DNA of 32,000 nucleotides from Candidatus Electronema halotolerans (GTDB lineage: Bacteria; Desulfobacterota; Desulfobulbia; Desulfobulbales; Desulfobulbaceae), in the NCBI GenBank assembly GCA_942493095.1, contig OW818675.1:2040001-2072000 (forward strand). The letters run 5' to 3'. Made by a program: the position numbers and the translations under genes. Within the stretch, counting starts at the first letter, position 1, and every line of letters starts with the position of its first letter. The notes beneath the pieces were generated by a model. That model did no database searches and was not told the DNA's origin. It saw only the letters and a program-made list of their open reading frames with translations. Positions 17,364 to 26,631 of the stretch are shown here, in pieces.

Positions 17364-20300
17364 AAACTCAGAACTAACTGTATTAGGAAAATAGTTGATG
17401 TCTATTGCCGGGTTATAGGAACCATGATGAACAATACTGTTCAGCTCCTTGCGCGTCGGCATCCGCCAATCCGAAGCCCCGCACCAGCCAGCAGCATTCA
17501 CCCGGTTCACATACGCCTGCGTGTTGCAGAACTTGGAAGGATTGCTGCTGTCATACTCATAACAGGTATTGCCTCCATAATCGGCAGAACCATCGGCTCC
17601 ACCATTGGTCGTTGGATCAGTATTGTACCACGTATAGGTATCATCTTTATCATGCAGCCCGCCGTCATCAGTCTTCACCTCCCAAATCAGGCCAGTGACA
17701 TTGTCTTTCACGCAGGCCCAAGGCGTGGTTGCATAATCCGCGCTTTGATCATCTAACGGCACGCCGTTGCTGTCTAACTTAGTGTAGCTAAATCCGGCAT
17801 GGCCGTCACTGTCGTCATTATTGGTTGCATCACGGCCATGCGAGCAGTCCTGTTCTGCAACCACGTTGTCGTCGTCCGGCGTACTTGAAGCAATGCAGGC
17901 CGTGTTGTTCCCGGACTTATAATTGCCGCTCCACGTTATGCCAGTGTCGTTTAATGGTGTCGTCGCAGAAGCAGGCGGCGGAGTTCCTGCAATATGCGCA
18001 GAAACCTCATTGGAGAACGGCCCAAGCCGACTGTTGTTATTGCTGTAAGCCTGCATTTTGAATACATAATCAGAACCCGGAGTCAGGCCGGAGATAACAG
18101 CGTGACGATCATAGATGCTGCGTGTTTCCAGCAATTGCTCGCTTGCATCCGCTGCTGAAGTATCTAAAGCGAAAATCTGAAAACCCATCCAAGGTTCTGA
18201 AGTTTCCGGCATGAACGTCCAATCCAAACTTGCCTGTCCAGGTGTGGAACCGTCAACAGAATCCAGCAGCGTTGGTGTGTCTGTTGGTTCAAGATCATTG
18301 ACATCAATATCAACCGTTTTATAGGTGTTGCCAAGCTCTTCATCAGGCAAGTTCTGTCCAACGGATGCCTCATTATAGAAAAAAGGCTTGCGCAAATATC
18401 TGCCAACTGGCAGATCAGCAGTTGCAACAGACAGTTGAACAAGTTCGTCTTCACCCGGAGCCAACACACCGGAAGAAGGCGTGATGCTGATTGCCGCTGA
18501 TCCGTTGGTCGTGTTCCAGTGCAGGTCTTCATCGCCAGTGTTGGAAATCGTGAGATTGCTTGCCAATCCGCTTGCATCACCAACATCAATGGTGGAGAAT
18601 ATGCCGTCGCCTTCAACAAGAAGGAATGAACCTTTTGTGTATTCAGGACAGCTATTCTCAAAGGTCCATTTTTTTATGGGCCATTCAGCTGTATAAACAG
18701 CAAAATTTAACTTTTTCAGTTTATCCAGATGGAGTAATTTTCCGATTTTCGTACCAGCACCTATATCTATATTTTCTATATCCCAGTTAAATTCAGCCTC
18801 AATACCTGCCAAAATTTGCGCCATCCTTTCAACACAACCTTCGGCAGAAAAAGATTCGCTTCCTTCAATTTTCACATAGGCTTTCAAAGGGATTTCAGGC
18901 CCAGTAAGGTTGTAAATTTTCATCCCTGATTCAATCAGCAGGCCACCTCTGATAGAGGCATTAAGCTCTGTTGTTATTGTAGAAAGAAGTGGGGAGACAG
19001 ATTGGGAGAAACTTTTATGTCGAGAGAAACCTGTATTTTTATTGTAGAGCATCCCCCTTTGCATCTTCTCTTGCACCGAAATTCCAAACGTGCTTTTGAT
19101 TTCTATGCTCCCATCATCAATAAAAAAATAAATATCTACACTTGGAGTTATCCATACTGGGACAAAACCGATCATGAAATCGATAGATTTAAGAGGAATT
19201 GTACCTATTTTTATCTTTTTCTTGTTGAAAAATGTCAACTTTTGACTTGCAGTTAATTCTACCTTCTGTTCTGAGTCTGCTTTAACAATGAACTTAAACC
19301 CTTGCAAACCATCAAACAGTTTGTAATCAACTCCAACGTCAATAGAAATGTCAAGAGTTATTTCCCCTGTCGCAGATAGGGTTCCTCCATGACCATCATC
19401 ATATAACGTAACCTTTAATGATTGCGATATAGCCCTGCCATCTGCTGATGTACTGGAAACAGCAGGTTCTTCACCGAGCTTAATGACAAAATGAGTATTA
19501 TCTGGTTGATCAGAAACTTGTAAACTGGTGCCCTCCAGTCCGCTGAAAGCTGTTGGTGAAATGGTTGCGGGCAGCCCAGCAGCAGCCGGTTCTGTATATC
19601 CTTCCAAATCACCATTGGTCATCTGTTTAAAGATATGTCCTGTACCCTGCGCAATAACTTCATCAAGAGCTGCATCAGCAGTGTCAAACTGATACGAGGT
19701 TGAGGAAATCTTTTTTATTCCAGTAATCTTGCGCAGGAAACCGCCGCCGTCATCACCAACAATAAAATCACCGACATTGGCTGCTGCCAGCTCGTCAATC
19801 AGGTCATTCATATCATCTGACAGCCGCACGGAAACCGTATTTGTTCCAACGGTATTGCTGGTCGAACTGAGATTATGGACAACGCCGTTCAGAATAGTCT
19901 CTGTCCTGCCGAAATTGGCAACCACAGACTGACTTCTGTTCAGTGCCACCGTGCATTGCGTCAAGTCAGCGGAAACATTTTCACAACCTGACCAGCCTAA
20001 AATTTGCGCATCAGCACCTGCTGTCGCTGTAAACGTGATCGTGCCGCTTTCATCCTCAGATACGAAGATATGATCTTCATACACTGGATCTGCAAGAGTG
20101 GAATCAACTGAAAGGCTGTGCGGTGCTCCTGATGCAGCCTTACCCGGACCAAATACAGAAAGAGTTACTTGAACAGTATGATAACGGGAATCAGGAACAG
20201 GGAAACGGGTCATGAGCCAAGAAAATGTCTCATCCAATTGAGCAAGCATGGCATCTGTCTCACCTGCTCGCAGGGAAGCAAGAATAGTTTGCCCGACATC

Positions 20301-20972
20301 ATTGGCAGTAGAAAGCCAGTCATAATCAAAGGCGAGCTTATCTCTGTCTGCTGCTTTTTCAGGATCAAAGGCCAGAATATCATTCCAGTCAATTGTGCCG
20401 TTGCCATCGATATCGCTTTTGATGAGATAGCGGGCAAGATCAGCAAGACGTATTTCTACTTCCTCGGCAGACACAGCAGAAATCAAATTCTCAACATATC
20501 GCCAGCCAATTTCTGTCAACGGCGTAATTTTCAAATGCTTGGTGCGCCAATCTGAAGCTCGTGCCAAGGCATGAAGCGTTCCCAGATTCTGAGTCGATGA
20601 AGCATCAGCAATTCCGTTGCTGTCGGCATCAATATCTTTGCCGCCGCTTGCTTCGGCCACAATCCATTCATTATCCGCCAGTCCCGCCAGAGCAAGATCA
20701 AAAGTTCCTGCGGCCAAGAGGCTCCTGTTGCTCTGCACAGCTTCCTTTGGCCCCTCAACAGGACTTGCCAACTCCTCAATTGTAAACGCTTTAATCGAAG
20801 TCCCTGACAGCGGGCCAACAAGAAGAGCTTGATGAGAAAGCGGCTCAGGTGAACTGCTGTGTTTCCCCAGCAGCGGTGCAATCATCAGCAAAAGATTACC
20901 GGAATAAGCGGTGCTGGCGGCAACGCAGGCAGAACTGACCAGAATAATGACAAAAAGACGGAAATGTTTCAT
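17238..20972 (-). CDS. large secreted multidomain protein ending in a DUF1566/C-type-lectin-like domain
   Basis: 1244 aa, starting with signal peptide MKHFRLFVIILVSSACVAAS. Domains by eye are Ca-binding-like loops (DIDADSNGIAD, DIDGNGTIDWND), an InlB-B-repeat-like segment (ILGWSGCENVSADLTQCTVALNRSQSVVANF), a central unknown beta-rich module, a choice-of-anchor/ASPM-like segment (LTISNTGDEDLHW...), an FN3-like segment and a C-terminal DUF1566 (DWRMPTRKELNSIV...AVRLVRGGQ). Confidence 0.85.
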   Translation of the reverse strand: MKHFRLFVIILVSSACVAASTAYSGNLLLMIAPLLGKHSSSPEPLSHQALLVGPLSGTSIKAFTIEELASPVEGPKEAVQSNRSLLAAGTFDLALAGLADNEWIVAEASGGKDIDADSNGIADASSTQNLGTLHALARASDWRTKHLKITPLTEIGWRYVENLISAVSAEEVEIRLADLARYLIKSDIDGNGTIDWNDILAFDPEKAADRDKLAFDYDWLSTANDVGQTILASLRAGETDAMLAQLDETFSWLMTRFPVPDSRYHTVQVTLSVFGPGKAASGAPHSLSVDSTLADPVYEDHIFVSEDESGTITFTATAGADAQILGWSGCENVSADLTQCTVALNRSQSVVANFGRTETILNGVVHNLSSTSNTVGTNTVSVRLSDDMNDLIDELAAANVGDFIVGDDGGGFLRKITGIKKISSTSYQFDTADAALDEVIAQGTGHIFKQMTNGDLEGYTEPAAAGLPATISPTAFSGLEGTSLQVSDQPDNTHFVIKLGEEPAVSSTSADGRAISQSLKVTLYDDGHGGTLSATGEITLDISIDVGVDYKLFDGLQGFKFIVKADSEQKVELTASQKLTFFNKKKIKIGTIPLKSIDFMIGFVPVWITPSVDIYFFIDDGSIEIKSTFGISVQEKMQRGMLYNKNTGFSRHKSFSQSVSPLLSTITTELNASIRGGLLIESGMKIYNLTGPEIPLKAYVKIEGSESFSAEGCVERMAQILAGIEAEFNWDIENIDIGAGTKIGKLLHLDKLKKLNFAVYTAEWPIKKWTFENSCPEYTKGSFLLVEGDGIFSTIDVGDASGLASNLTISNTGDEDLHWNTTNGSAAISITPSSGVLAPGEDELVQLSVATADLPVGRYLRKPFFYNEASVGQNLPDEELGNTYKTVDIDVNDLEPTDTPTLLDSVDGSTPGQASLDWTFMPETSEPWMGFQIFALDTSAADASEQLLETRSIYDRHAVISGLTPGSDYVFKMQAYSNNNSRLGPFSNEVSAHIAGTPPPASATTPLNDTGITWSGNYKSGNNTACIASSTPDDDNVVAEQDCSHGRDATNNDDSDGHAGFSYTKLDSNGVPLDDQSADYATTPWACVKDNVTGLIWEVKTDDGGLHDKDDTYTWYNTDPTTNGGADGSADYGGNTCYEYDSSNPSKFCNTQAYVNRVNAAGWCGASDWRMPTRKELNSIVHHGSYNPAIDINYFPNTVSSEFWSGSPYANGSDDAWSVYFYNGDSGAYLRHYDYAVRLVRGGQ

Positions 20973-21016
20973 TGATGCCTCTGCTTGCGGAAGGAACGGA
21001 CCAGATTGATCTGGCC

Positions 21017-21045
21017 AACATATTGCGGCGCAAGCAGAATGTCAA
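21017..21045 (-). promoter_or_regulatory. candidate sigma70-type promoter for the DUF1566 gene pair
   Basis: Minus sense reads TTGACA (21045-21040), 17-nt spacer, TATGTT (21022-21017), about 45 nt upstream of the ATG at 20972. An AGAGG RBS follows. Confidence 0.45.
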
Positions 21046-21101
21046 CAAAAATCAAGAAGGGATACCAGCCATTTTTTTTGCTGAACCGGGCTGGACAGCA
21101 C

Positions 21102-21968
21102 TCACAGGCTGTTAAGCAGTGCCAGTACCAGTCTGACCAAGGCTTCCAAATTTTCTTTCAGCCACGTCCAGACCGCAGCCAGCCAGGATATCTCTCCATC
21201 ATCGTCATCCACTGCCTTGCCGTCCAAACGGTCGCGCAGCCGTTCAGCCCGCTTGGCCGGAGCTGGATGGCTGGAAAGAAAGTGATGATTCTTGCCCAGC
21301 GTGGCCAGCTTCTGGAGAGCGGTCACTGCCGCCTCACTGTCCAGTCCTCGGCTCTGCATGAAAGCCAGACCATAGTCATCAGCCTCGCGCTCCTCCTGCT
21401 GGGAGAACTGAGCCTTGAGCAGCTTCTCGAAAAAACCGCCCAAGGCGGAGCGGGCCAGCTCTCCGGCTCCGCCTTCCTGCTGGGCGGCCACTCCCTTGCG
21501 CACTGCGCTGGCAGCATAGGCCAGAACCAGTTTTTTGCGGATATGCCGACGGGCAACATGGCCCATTTCATGACCAATGACAAAGAGCAGCTCCTGATCG
21601 TTCATCATCCGCATCAGACCGCTGTAAATGCGGATGGTGCCGTCAGCCATGGCAAAGGCGTTGACATCGTCAGTCAGATACACTTTGACATCAAAGTCGT
21701 GTCCGTCCACCCGCAGCGGGCTGTTCAGCAGGGCGGCCAGCCGCCGGGCCTGCGGATTGTCCGGCAGAGCAATCTGATTCTCGCTGTCAGCCTGCGCTGC
21801 GGCCTGTTCCGCATAAAGCCTGACCTGCTCGTCACTGAGCGTGACAGCGCGGAAGGCATCAACGCCCGCTTCCACAGCCAGCCGGGTGTCAACATTGCTG
21901 TCACAGCCAGTTGCGGCAAGAAGAAGAAGCAGGAAAAAAAGCTGGGCACGGCACAGACGGCTGATCAT
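21102..21968 (-). CDS. M48-family zinc metallopeptidase, lipoprotein
   Basis: Has the HEMGH (HExxH) motif in FVIGHEMGHVARRH. The lipobox LLAATGC follows MISRLCRAQLFFLLLL, so ATG at 21968 is preferred over 22064. Confidence 0.85.
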   Translation of the reverse strand: MISRLCRAQLFFLLLLLAATGCDSNVDTRLAVEAGVDAFRAVTLSDEQVRLYAEQAAAQADSENQIALPDNPQARRLAALLNSPLRVDGHDFDVKVYLTDDVNAFAMADGTIRIYSGLMRMMNDQELLFVIGHEMGHVARRHIRKKLVLAYAASAVRKGVAAQQEGGAGELARSALGGFFEKLLKAQFSQQEEREADDYGLAFMQSRGLDSEAAVTALQKLATLGKNHHFLSSHPAPAKRAERLRDRLDGKAVDDDDGEISWLAAVWTWLKENLEALVRLVLALLNSL

Positions 21969-22119
21969 GGCGGGAGACAAAATAAAAAAAAGACAGCCGG
22001 GCACTCCTGCAACACATAAGACGTTTCGCTGCCGCTGCTTCCTTCCGGACCTGACGGGGTTCACGATGCCTTATTGCGCAGGACCCGGCTGTCAAACTTG
22101 GGTCTTGTCATTGTCATAC

Positions 22120-22205
22120 TGGCGGAGAGGGTGAGATTCGAACTCACGGCACTTGCGTGCACACGCGTTCCAGGCGTGCACCTTAAGCCACTCGGTCACC
22201 TCTCC
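22120..22205 (-). tRNA. tRNA-Ser (anticodon GGA)
   Basis: GGAGAGGTGACCGAGTGGCTTAAGGTGCACGCCTGGAACGCGTGTGCACGCAAGTGCCGTGAGTTCGAATCTCACCCTCTCCGCCA forms a cloverleaf with a long variable arm, anticodon loop CUGGAAC and encoded CCA. Confidence 0.95.
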
Positions 22206-22271
22206 TGAGCTGCTCTCACCTTCCGCAGCCGCTTTGCGGCGTTTGCTGCGATGCGCCCATTTAAACCGAGT

Positions 22272-22772
22272 TCAGTTTTTCTGACAACAGAAAAATGGAG
22301 CCTGCCGCTCTTTTTTTTCTCTGCGCTGCCGGAAGAACTCTTTCAGAATGCTGGCGCACTCTTTTGCCCGCACCCCGCTGGTGATGGTGAAACGATGATT
22401 CAGGCAGCCATCGCTGCCAATGCGATAGACTGACTGCAGCGCGCCGGTCTTGGGATCAGCCGCGCCAAAAACAACCCGCTCCACTCTGGCCATGACCAAG
22501 GCTGCCGCGCACATCGGGCAGGGTTCAAGGGTGACATAGAGGGTGGTGCCGGGCAGCCGGTAATTGCCGATTTTTTCGGCAGCAGCGCGCAGGGCGCGGA
22601 TTTCCGCATGACCAACAGGATCATTGGCCGTAATGCAGCAGTTGCCTGCCCCGGCCAGCAGCCTGCCTTCCGCGCTGACTATCACCGCGCCCACCGGCAC
22701 TTCATTCAAGGCCGCTGCCTGGGCTGCGTAGGCAAGGGCCGTGCCCATGAAAAAACTATCCTGCTGACTCAT
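22272..22772 (-). CDS. tadA: tRNA adenosine(34) deaminase
   Basis: MSQQDSFFMGTALAYAAQAAALNEVPVGAVIV...HAEIRALR...LEPCPMCAAAL is the CDA zinc motif (HAE...PCxxC). The internal ATG at 22772 fits the family length. Confidence 0.9.
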   Translation of the reverse strand: MSQQDSFFMGTALAYAAQAAALNEVPVGAVIVSAEGRLLAGAGNCCITANDPVGHAEIRALRAAAEKIGNYRLPGTTLYVTLEPCPMCAAALVMARVERVVFGAADPKTGALQSVYRIGSDGCLNHRFTITSGVRAKECASILKEFFRQRREKKERQAPFFCCQKN

Positions 22773-22818
22773 GCTGCACAACTGTGAGGATTGAGCACCG
22801 CTCTTTGACGCTTCACCA

Positions 22819-24159
22819 TCACCCGGCCACTGTCCTGTCCACCAGCTCTTCCGCCCTGCCGATGTACTGTTCTGGCTGATCAAGCGGAGCCAGTTCCTCG
22901 GCATTGAACAACGGGCCAAGCTCCGCGTCGGCCAGCACGGCATCTTTCAGGCTGATCCGCTGTTCAGCAGCCTCGGCAGCCAGTTTGTGCAGCTTGTCCA
23001 TAGCCTTGTTCTTGCCCATGCTCCTGCCGAGCCGGAAGAGCAGCCATTCAGTGGCGATCAGGTCTTTCTGCCGGTGCAGGTTGGCCAGCATCTGCTCAGG
23101 CCGGACAATCAGGCCGGAGAGCACCTGTAGCAGCATCTGCAAGGAGCTGCCAGTGTAGATGCAAAGCTGCGGCAGGGCCAGCCATTCCGCCCAGAGGCAG
23201 CGGGGATCCCGTTCATGCTCATGAGCCATGCTTTCAATGACTGTGCCGCTCAAGGCGCGGATATGCTTGGCCAAGGCGGCGATGCGCTGGCAGAGCACCG
23301 GGTTCTGCTTATGCGGCATGGTGCTGCTTGCCAATGCGCCGGACAGGGACGGCTCGCGCAGCTCATCAATTTCAGTCTTCTGTAGCTGAAAGATTTCATT
23401 GGCGATCTTGGCCAAGCTCATGGCCAGCAGGGCAAAGTCTGAGGCCAGCTCGGCAGTGCGGTCACGGGCCGTGTGCCAAGAGAGTGGATCGTGGGCCAGA
23501 CCGAGCAGCGTCATGGTCTCCTTGGCCACCTCAAGGCCCTGCTCGCCAAGCGCTGCATAGGTGCCAACCGCACCGCTCAGTTGGCCGCAGCAGACAGTGC
23601 CTTGCAGATGCCGCACCCGCTCAATGTGCCGTCTGATTTCCGCTGTCCAGATTGCCGCCTTCAAGCCAAAGGTGGTGGGCAAGGCCTGCTGACCATGTGT
23701 GCGGGCTGCCATTGCCGTGCTGCGGTGCTTGAGAGCAAGGTCAAGGCAGACCTTTTCCACGTGCAGGAGGTCGCGGAGGACAATGGCCAGCGTCTCCTTG
23801 AGGGCCAGAATCATGCCGGTGTCCAAGATGTCCTGGGTGGTGGCCCCGTAATGAACATACTCGCCATGTCCGTCGGCGCAGGCCCGGCGCAGGCCAGCCA
23901 GCAGCGGCACCACTGAGTTGCGGCTCTTGCTGTACCCCTTGCGGACGCTTGCCAGATCAATCTGTTCGAGCTTGGCTTTGGCCTTGATCTCTGCTGCCGC
24001 TGCTGCCGGAATCAGGCCGCACCGTGCCTGCGCTTCGGCCAAGGCCGCTTCCACATCAAGCCAGCGTTGCAGCATGGCCTGCTCATCAAAGAGCTGTTCC
24101 AATTCTGGGGTGCTGAAGACATGCGGGTTGATCTGGTGATCAAAGGGATGAACAGGCAT
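22819..24159 (-). CDS. adenylosuccinate lyase / 3-carboxymuconate cycloisomerase family (fumarate-lyase superfamily) protein
   Basis: Carries the signature SSTMPHKQNP. The start is uncertain, either ATG at 24159 or TTG at 24222. Confidence 0.8.
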   Translation of the reverse strand: MPVHPFDHQINPHVFSTPELEQLFDEQAMLQRWLDVEAALAEAQARCGLIPAAAAAEIKAKAKLEQIDLASVRKGYSKSRNSVVPLLAGLRRACADGHGEYVHYGATTQDILDTGMILALKETLAIVLRDLLHVEKVCLDLALKHRSTAMAARTHGQQALPTTFGLKAAIWTAEIRRHIERVRHLQGTVCCGQLSGAVGTYAALGEQGLEVAKETMTLLGLAHDPLSWHTARDRTAELASDFALLAMSLAKIANEIFQLQKTEIDELREPSLSGALASSTMPHKQNPVLCQRIAALAKHIRALSGTVIESMAHEHERDPRCLWAEWLALPQLCIYTGSSLQMLLQVLSGLIVRPEQMLANLHRQKDLIATEWLLFRLGRSMGKNKAMDKLHKLAAEAAEQRISLKDAVLADAELGPLFNAEELAPLDQPEQYIGRAEELVDRTVAG

Positions 24160-24405
24160 GAGGCGATGATTCGGTTGAATGGTGCCGTTATGGGCAATGG
24201 CTGCAAAGGCAATCTGTGCCAAGAATTGGTTTTCTTGCTTCCTTTTTCATGTTGCATCAGGATGAGTGAGGGATTATACCGCCTTCCTGCCGCCTGAGCA
24301 AGGCTGGCAAGATTCAGGCCCAGCAGGATGCGCATCCTGTTTTCAGCCGGAAAAATTATCCGGCCTGCTCTTTTCTTCTTGACAGCTGCCCCTGTTTATT
24401 GGTAA

Positions 24406-24434
24406 TTGACATTCTGCTTTTTATGCCGTAATAT
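24406..24434 (+). promoter_or_regulatory. candidate promoter for tRNA-Val
   Basis: TTGACA (24406-24411), 17-nt spacer, TAATAT (24429-24434). A second weaker TTGACA-18-TAATTG lies at 24379. Confidence 0.5.
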
Positions 24435-24496
24435 GCTGCCCGAAACAGTGAAGCCCGCAGTCAGCGGCCAGCACTCTTCTGAAACGGAAATATTGC

Positions 24497-24571
24497 AGGC
24501 GCGTAGCTCAGGGGGAGAGCGCTACCTTGACACGGTAGAGGTCGGCGGTTCGAAACCGCCCGCGCCTACCA
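24497..24571 (+). tRNA. tRNA-Val (anticodon GAC)
   Basis: AGGCGCGTAGCTCAGGGGGAGAGCGCTACCTTGACACGGTAGAGGTCGGCGGTTCGAAACCGCCCGCGCCTACCA forms a canonical cloverleaf with encoded CCA. Confidence 0.95.
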
Positions 24572-24592
24572 ATTTTGCAGTGCAAAGGGCAT

Positions 24593-24645
24593 AAAGGCTA
24601 AGGGTCGGAGGAAGCGCGTCTGACCTGTTAGCCTTTCCTTTTTTT
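24593..24645 (+). terminator. hairpin plus T7 run after tRNA-Val, upstream of thrS
   Basis: AAAGGCTAA (24593-24601) pairs with TTAGCCTTT (24628-24636), with T7 at 24639-24645. Confidence 0.55.
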
Positions 24646-24684
24646 GATTCAATTTTTCACGCGAATTTGTCAGCGGCAGAACTC

Positions 24685-26619
24685 ATGACTTCCATAGCAG
24701 TCTCCATCTCCGGCGGGGAAGCAAAGCAGCTTCCGAGCGGCACCTCTGTCCTTGACGCGCTCAAGGAGCTGGTCTCCGGCAAGCAGCGCAAGCAGACTGT
24801 GGCGGCCCGCTGCAACGGCAGCATGGTTGATCTGTCTGCGCCGCTCAACCATGATGCGGTCTTGGAGCTGATTTCTGCCAGCTCAGAGGAAGGGCTGCAT
24901 ATCCTCCGGCACTCGGCTGCCCATATCATGGCCCAAGCGGTCAAGGAGCTGCACGGCCAGGAGGTGCAAGTCACTATCGGCCCGGCCATTGAGGACGGCT
25001 ATTATTACGATTTCGACCGCAAGCCCGCCTTCACGCCTGACGATTTCGAGGCGATTGAAGAGAAGATGGCGACCATTGTCAAGGCGGCTCTGCCGTTTTC
25101 CCGCCGCGAAGTGCCGATTGCCGAGGCCATAGATTTTTTCACCCAGCACGACGAGACCTACAAAGTTGAGCTGATCAAGGACTTGGCCGCGCAGGGCGAG
25201 ACTGTTGTTTCCCTCTATCAGCAGGGTGATTTCATTGATCTCTGCCGGGGGCCGCATCTCCCGGACACCTCGTTCCTGAAATGCTTCAAGCTGCTGCGGG
25301 TGGCAGGCTCCTACTGGCGGGGCGATGAAAAGAACCAGATGCTGACCCGGATTTACGGCACTGCCTTTTTTGATAAAAAAGAGCTGAAGCAGTATCTGGA
25401 CCGGCTGGAGGAAGCCAAGCGGCGTGACCATCGCAAATTAGGCAAGGAACTGAAGCTCTTCACGATTCAGGATGAGATCGGGCCGGGTCTGCCCCTTTGG
25501 CAGCCGCGTGGTGCCTTGCTGCGGCGGCTGATTGAGGACTACTGGAAGGATGCCCATTACAAGAACGGGTATCAGCTTGTCTGCACCCCCCATATTGCCC
25601 GCCAAGATTTGTGGCACACCTCCGGCCACTTGGACTTTTATGCCGAGAACATGTATTCGGCCATGAGCATTGACGAGGTGGCTTATCAGCTCAAGCCGAT
25701 GAACTGCCCTTTCCATATCGGCATCTACAAATCCGAGCCGCACAGCTACCGCGAATTTCCCATCCGCTGGTGCGAGCTGGGCACCGTCTATCGCTACGAG
25801 CGGGCTGGCGCCCTGCACGGCCTGATGCGGGTGCGCGGCTTCACCCAGGACGATGCCCATATTTTCTGCCGCCCTGATCAGCTTGAAGAGGAAATCTTCA
25901 ACATCATTGACCTGAACCTGCATGTCCTTCAGACCTTTGGTTTCAGCGAGTATGATGTCTATCTTTCCACCCGCCCGGAAAAATACGTGGGCAGCGACGA
26001 GCACTGGGACCTGTCCACCAAAGCCTTGCAGCAGGCAATGGACAAGAAAGGGCTGGCATACTCGGTTGATCCGGGGGAAGGCGTATTTTACGGTCCAAAG
26101 ATTGACATAAAAATTAAGGATCAGATTGGCCGCTCGTGGCAGTGCTCCACGATTCAGGTTGATTTCAACCTGCCGGAACGCTTCGGCATGACCTATGCTG
26201 GCCAAGACGGAGCCGATCATCAGCCGATCATGATTCACCGCGCTTTGATGGGTTCGCTGGAGCGTTTCATTGGGGTGCTGATCGAGCATTATGCCGGTGC
26301 CTTTCCGCTCTGGCTGGCCCCGGAGCAGGCCCGGATCATGAACATCACGGACAGTCAGGCCGACTACTGCGGCCACGTGCTGGCTGAACTGCGGCAGGCC
26401 GGTCTCCGGGTTGAGGCGGACTTGCGCAACGAGAAATTAAATTATAAGATACGGGAGGCCCAGCTGATGAAGACTCCCTACATGCTCATTGCGGGCGACC
26501 GGGAAATGGAGGAAGGCACTGTCACTGTGCGCAAGCGCAGCGGTGAAAACCTGCCTCCCATGCTGCCGCAGGATTTTCTGGCCTTGGTGCGCCAGGAATG
26601 CCAAGAACAAGCAGTCTGA
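24685..26619 (+). CDS. thrS: threonine--tRNA ligase
   Basis: ORF 24667..26619 has a TGS domain N-terminus, the second additional domain and class II core motifs. ATG at 24685 is preferred over TTG at 24667. Confidence 0.93.
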   Translation: MTSIAVSISGGEAKQLPSGTSVLDALKELVSGKQRKQTVAARCNGSMVDLSAPLNHDAVLELISASSEEGLHILRHSAAHIMAQAVKELHGQEVQVTIGPAIEDGYYYDFDRKPAFTPDDFEAIEEKMATIVKAALPFSRREVPIAEAIDFFTQHDETYKVELIKDLAAQGETVVSLYQQGDFIDLCRGPHLPDTSFLKCFKLLRVAGSYWRGDEKNQMLTRIYGTAFFDKKELKQYLDRLEEAKRRDHRKLGKELKLFTIQDEIGPGLPLWQPRGALLRRLIEDYWKDAHYKNGYQLVCTPHIARQDLWHTSGHLDFYAENMYSAMSIDEVAYQLKPMNCPFHIGIYKSEPHSYREFPIRWCELGTVYRYERAGALHGLMRVRGFTQDDAHIFCRPDQLEEEIFNIIDLNLHVLQTFGFSEYDVYLSTRPEKYVGSDEHWDLSTKALQQAMDKKGLAYSVDPGEGVFYGPKIDIKIKDQIGRSWQCSTIQVDFNLPERFGMTYAGQDGADHQPIMIHRALMGSLERFIGVLIEHYAGAFPLWLAPEQARIMNITDSQADYCGHVLAELRQAGLRVEADLRNEKLNYKIREAQLMKTPYMLIAGDREMEEGTVTVRKRSGENLPPMLPQDFLALVRQECQEQAV

Positions 26620-26631
26620 CAAACGGAGAGA

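Noticed and set aside
22773-22943. 57-codon N-terminal extension of the tadA ORF, overlapping the 3' end of the lyase gene.
   Set aside because: The TadA family alignment begins at MSQQDSFFMGTALAYA. The extension is Trp/Arg/Ser-rich and overlaps a conserved gene.
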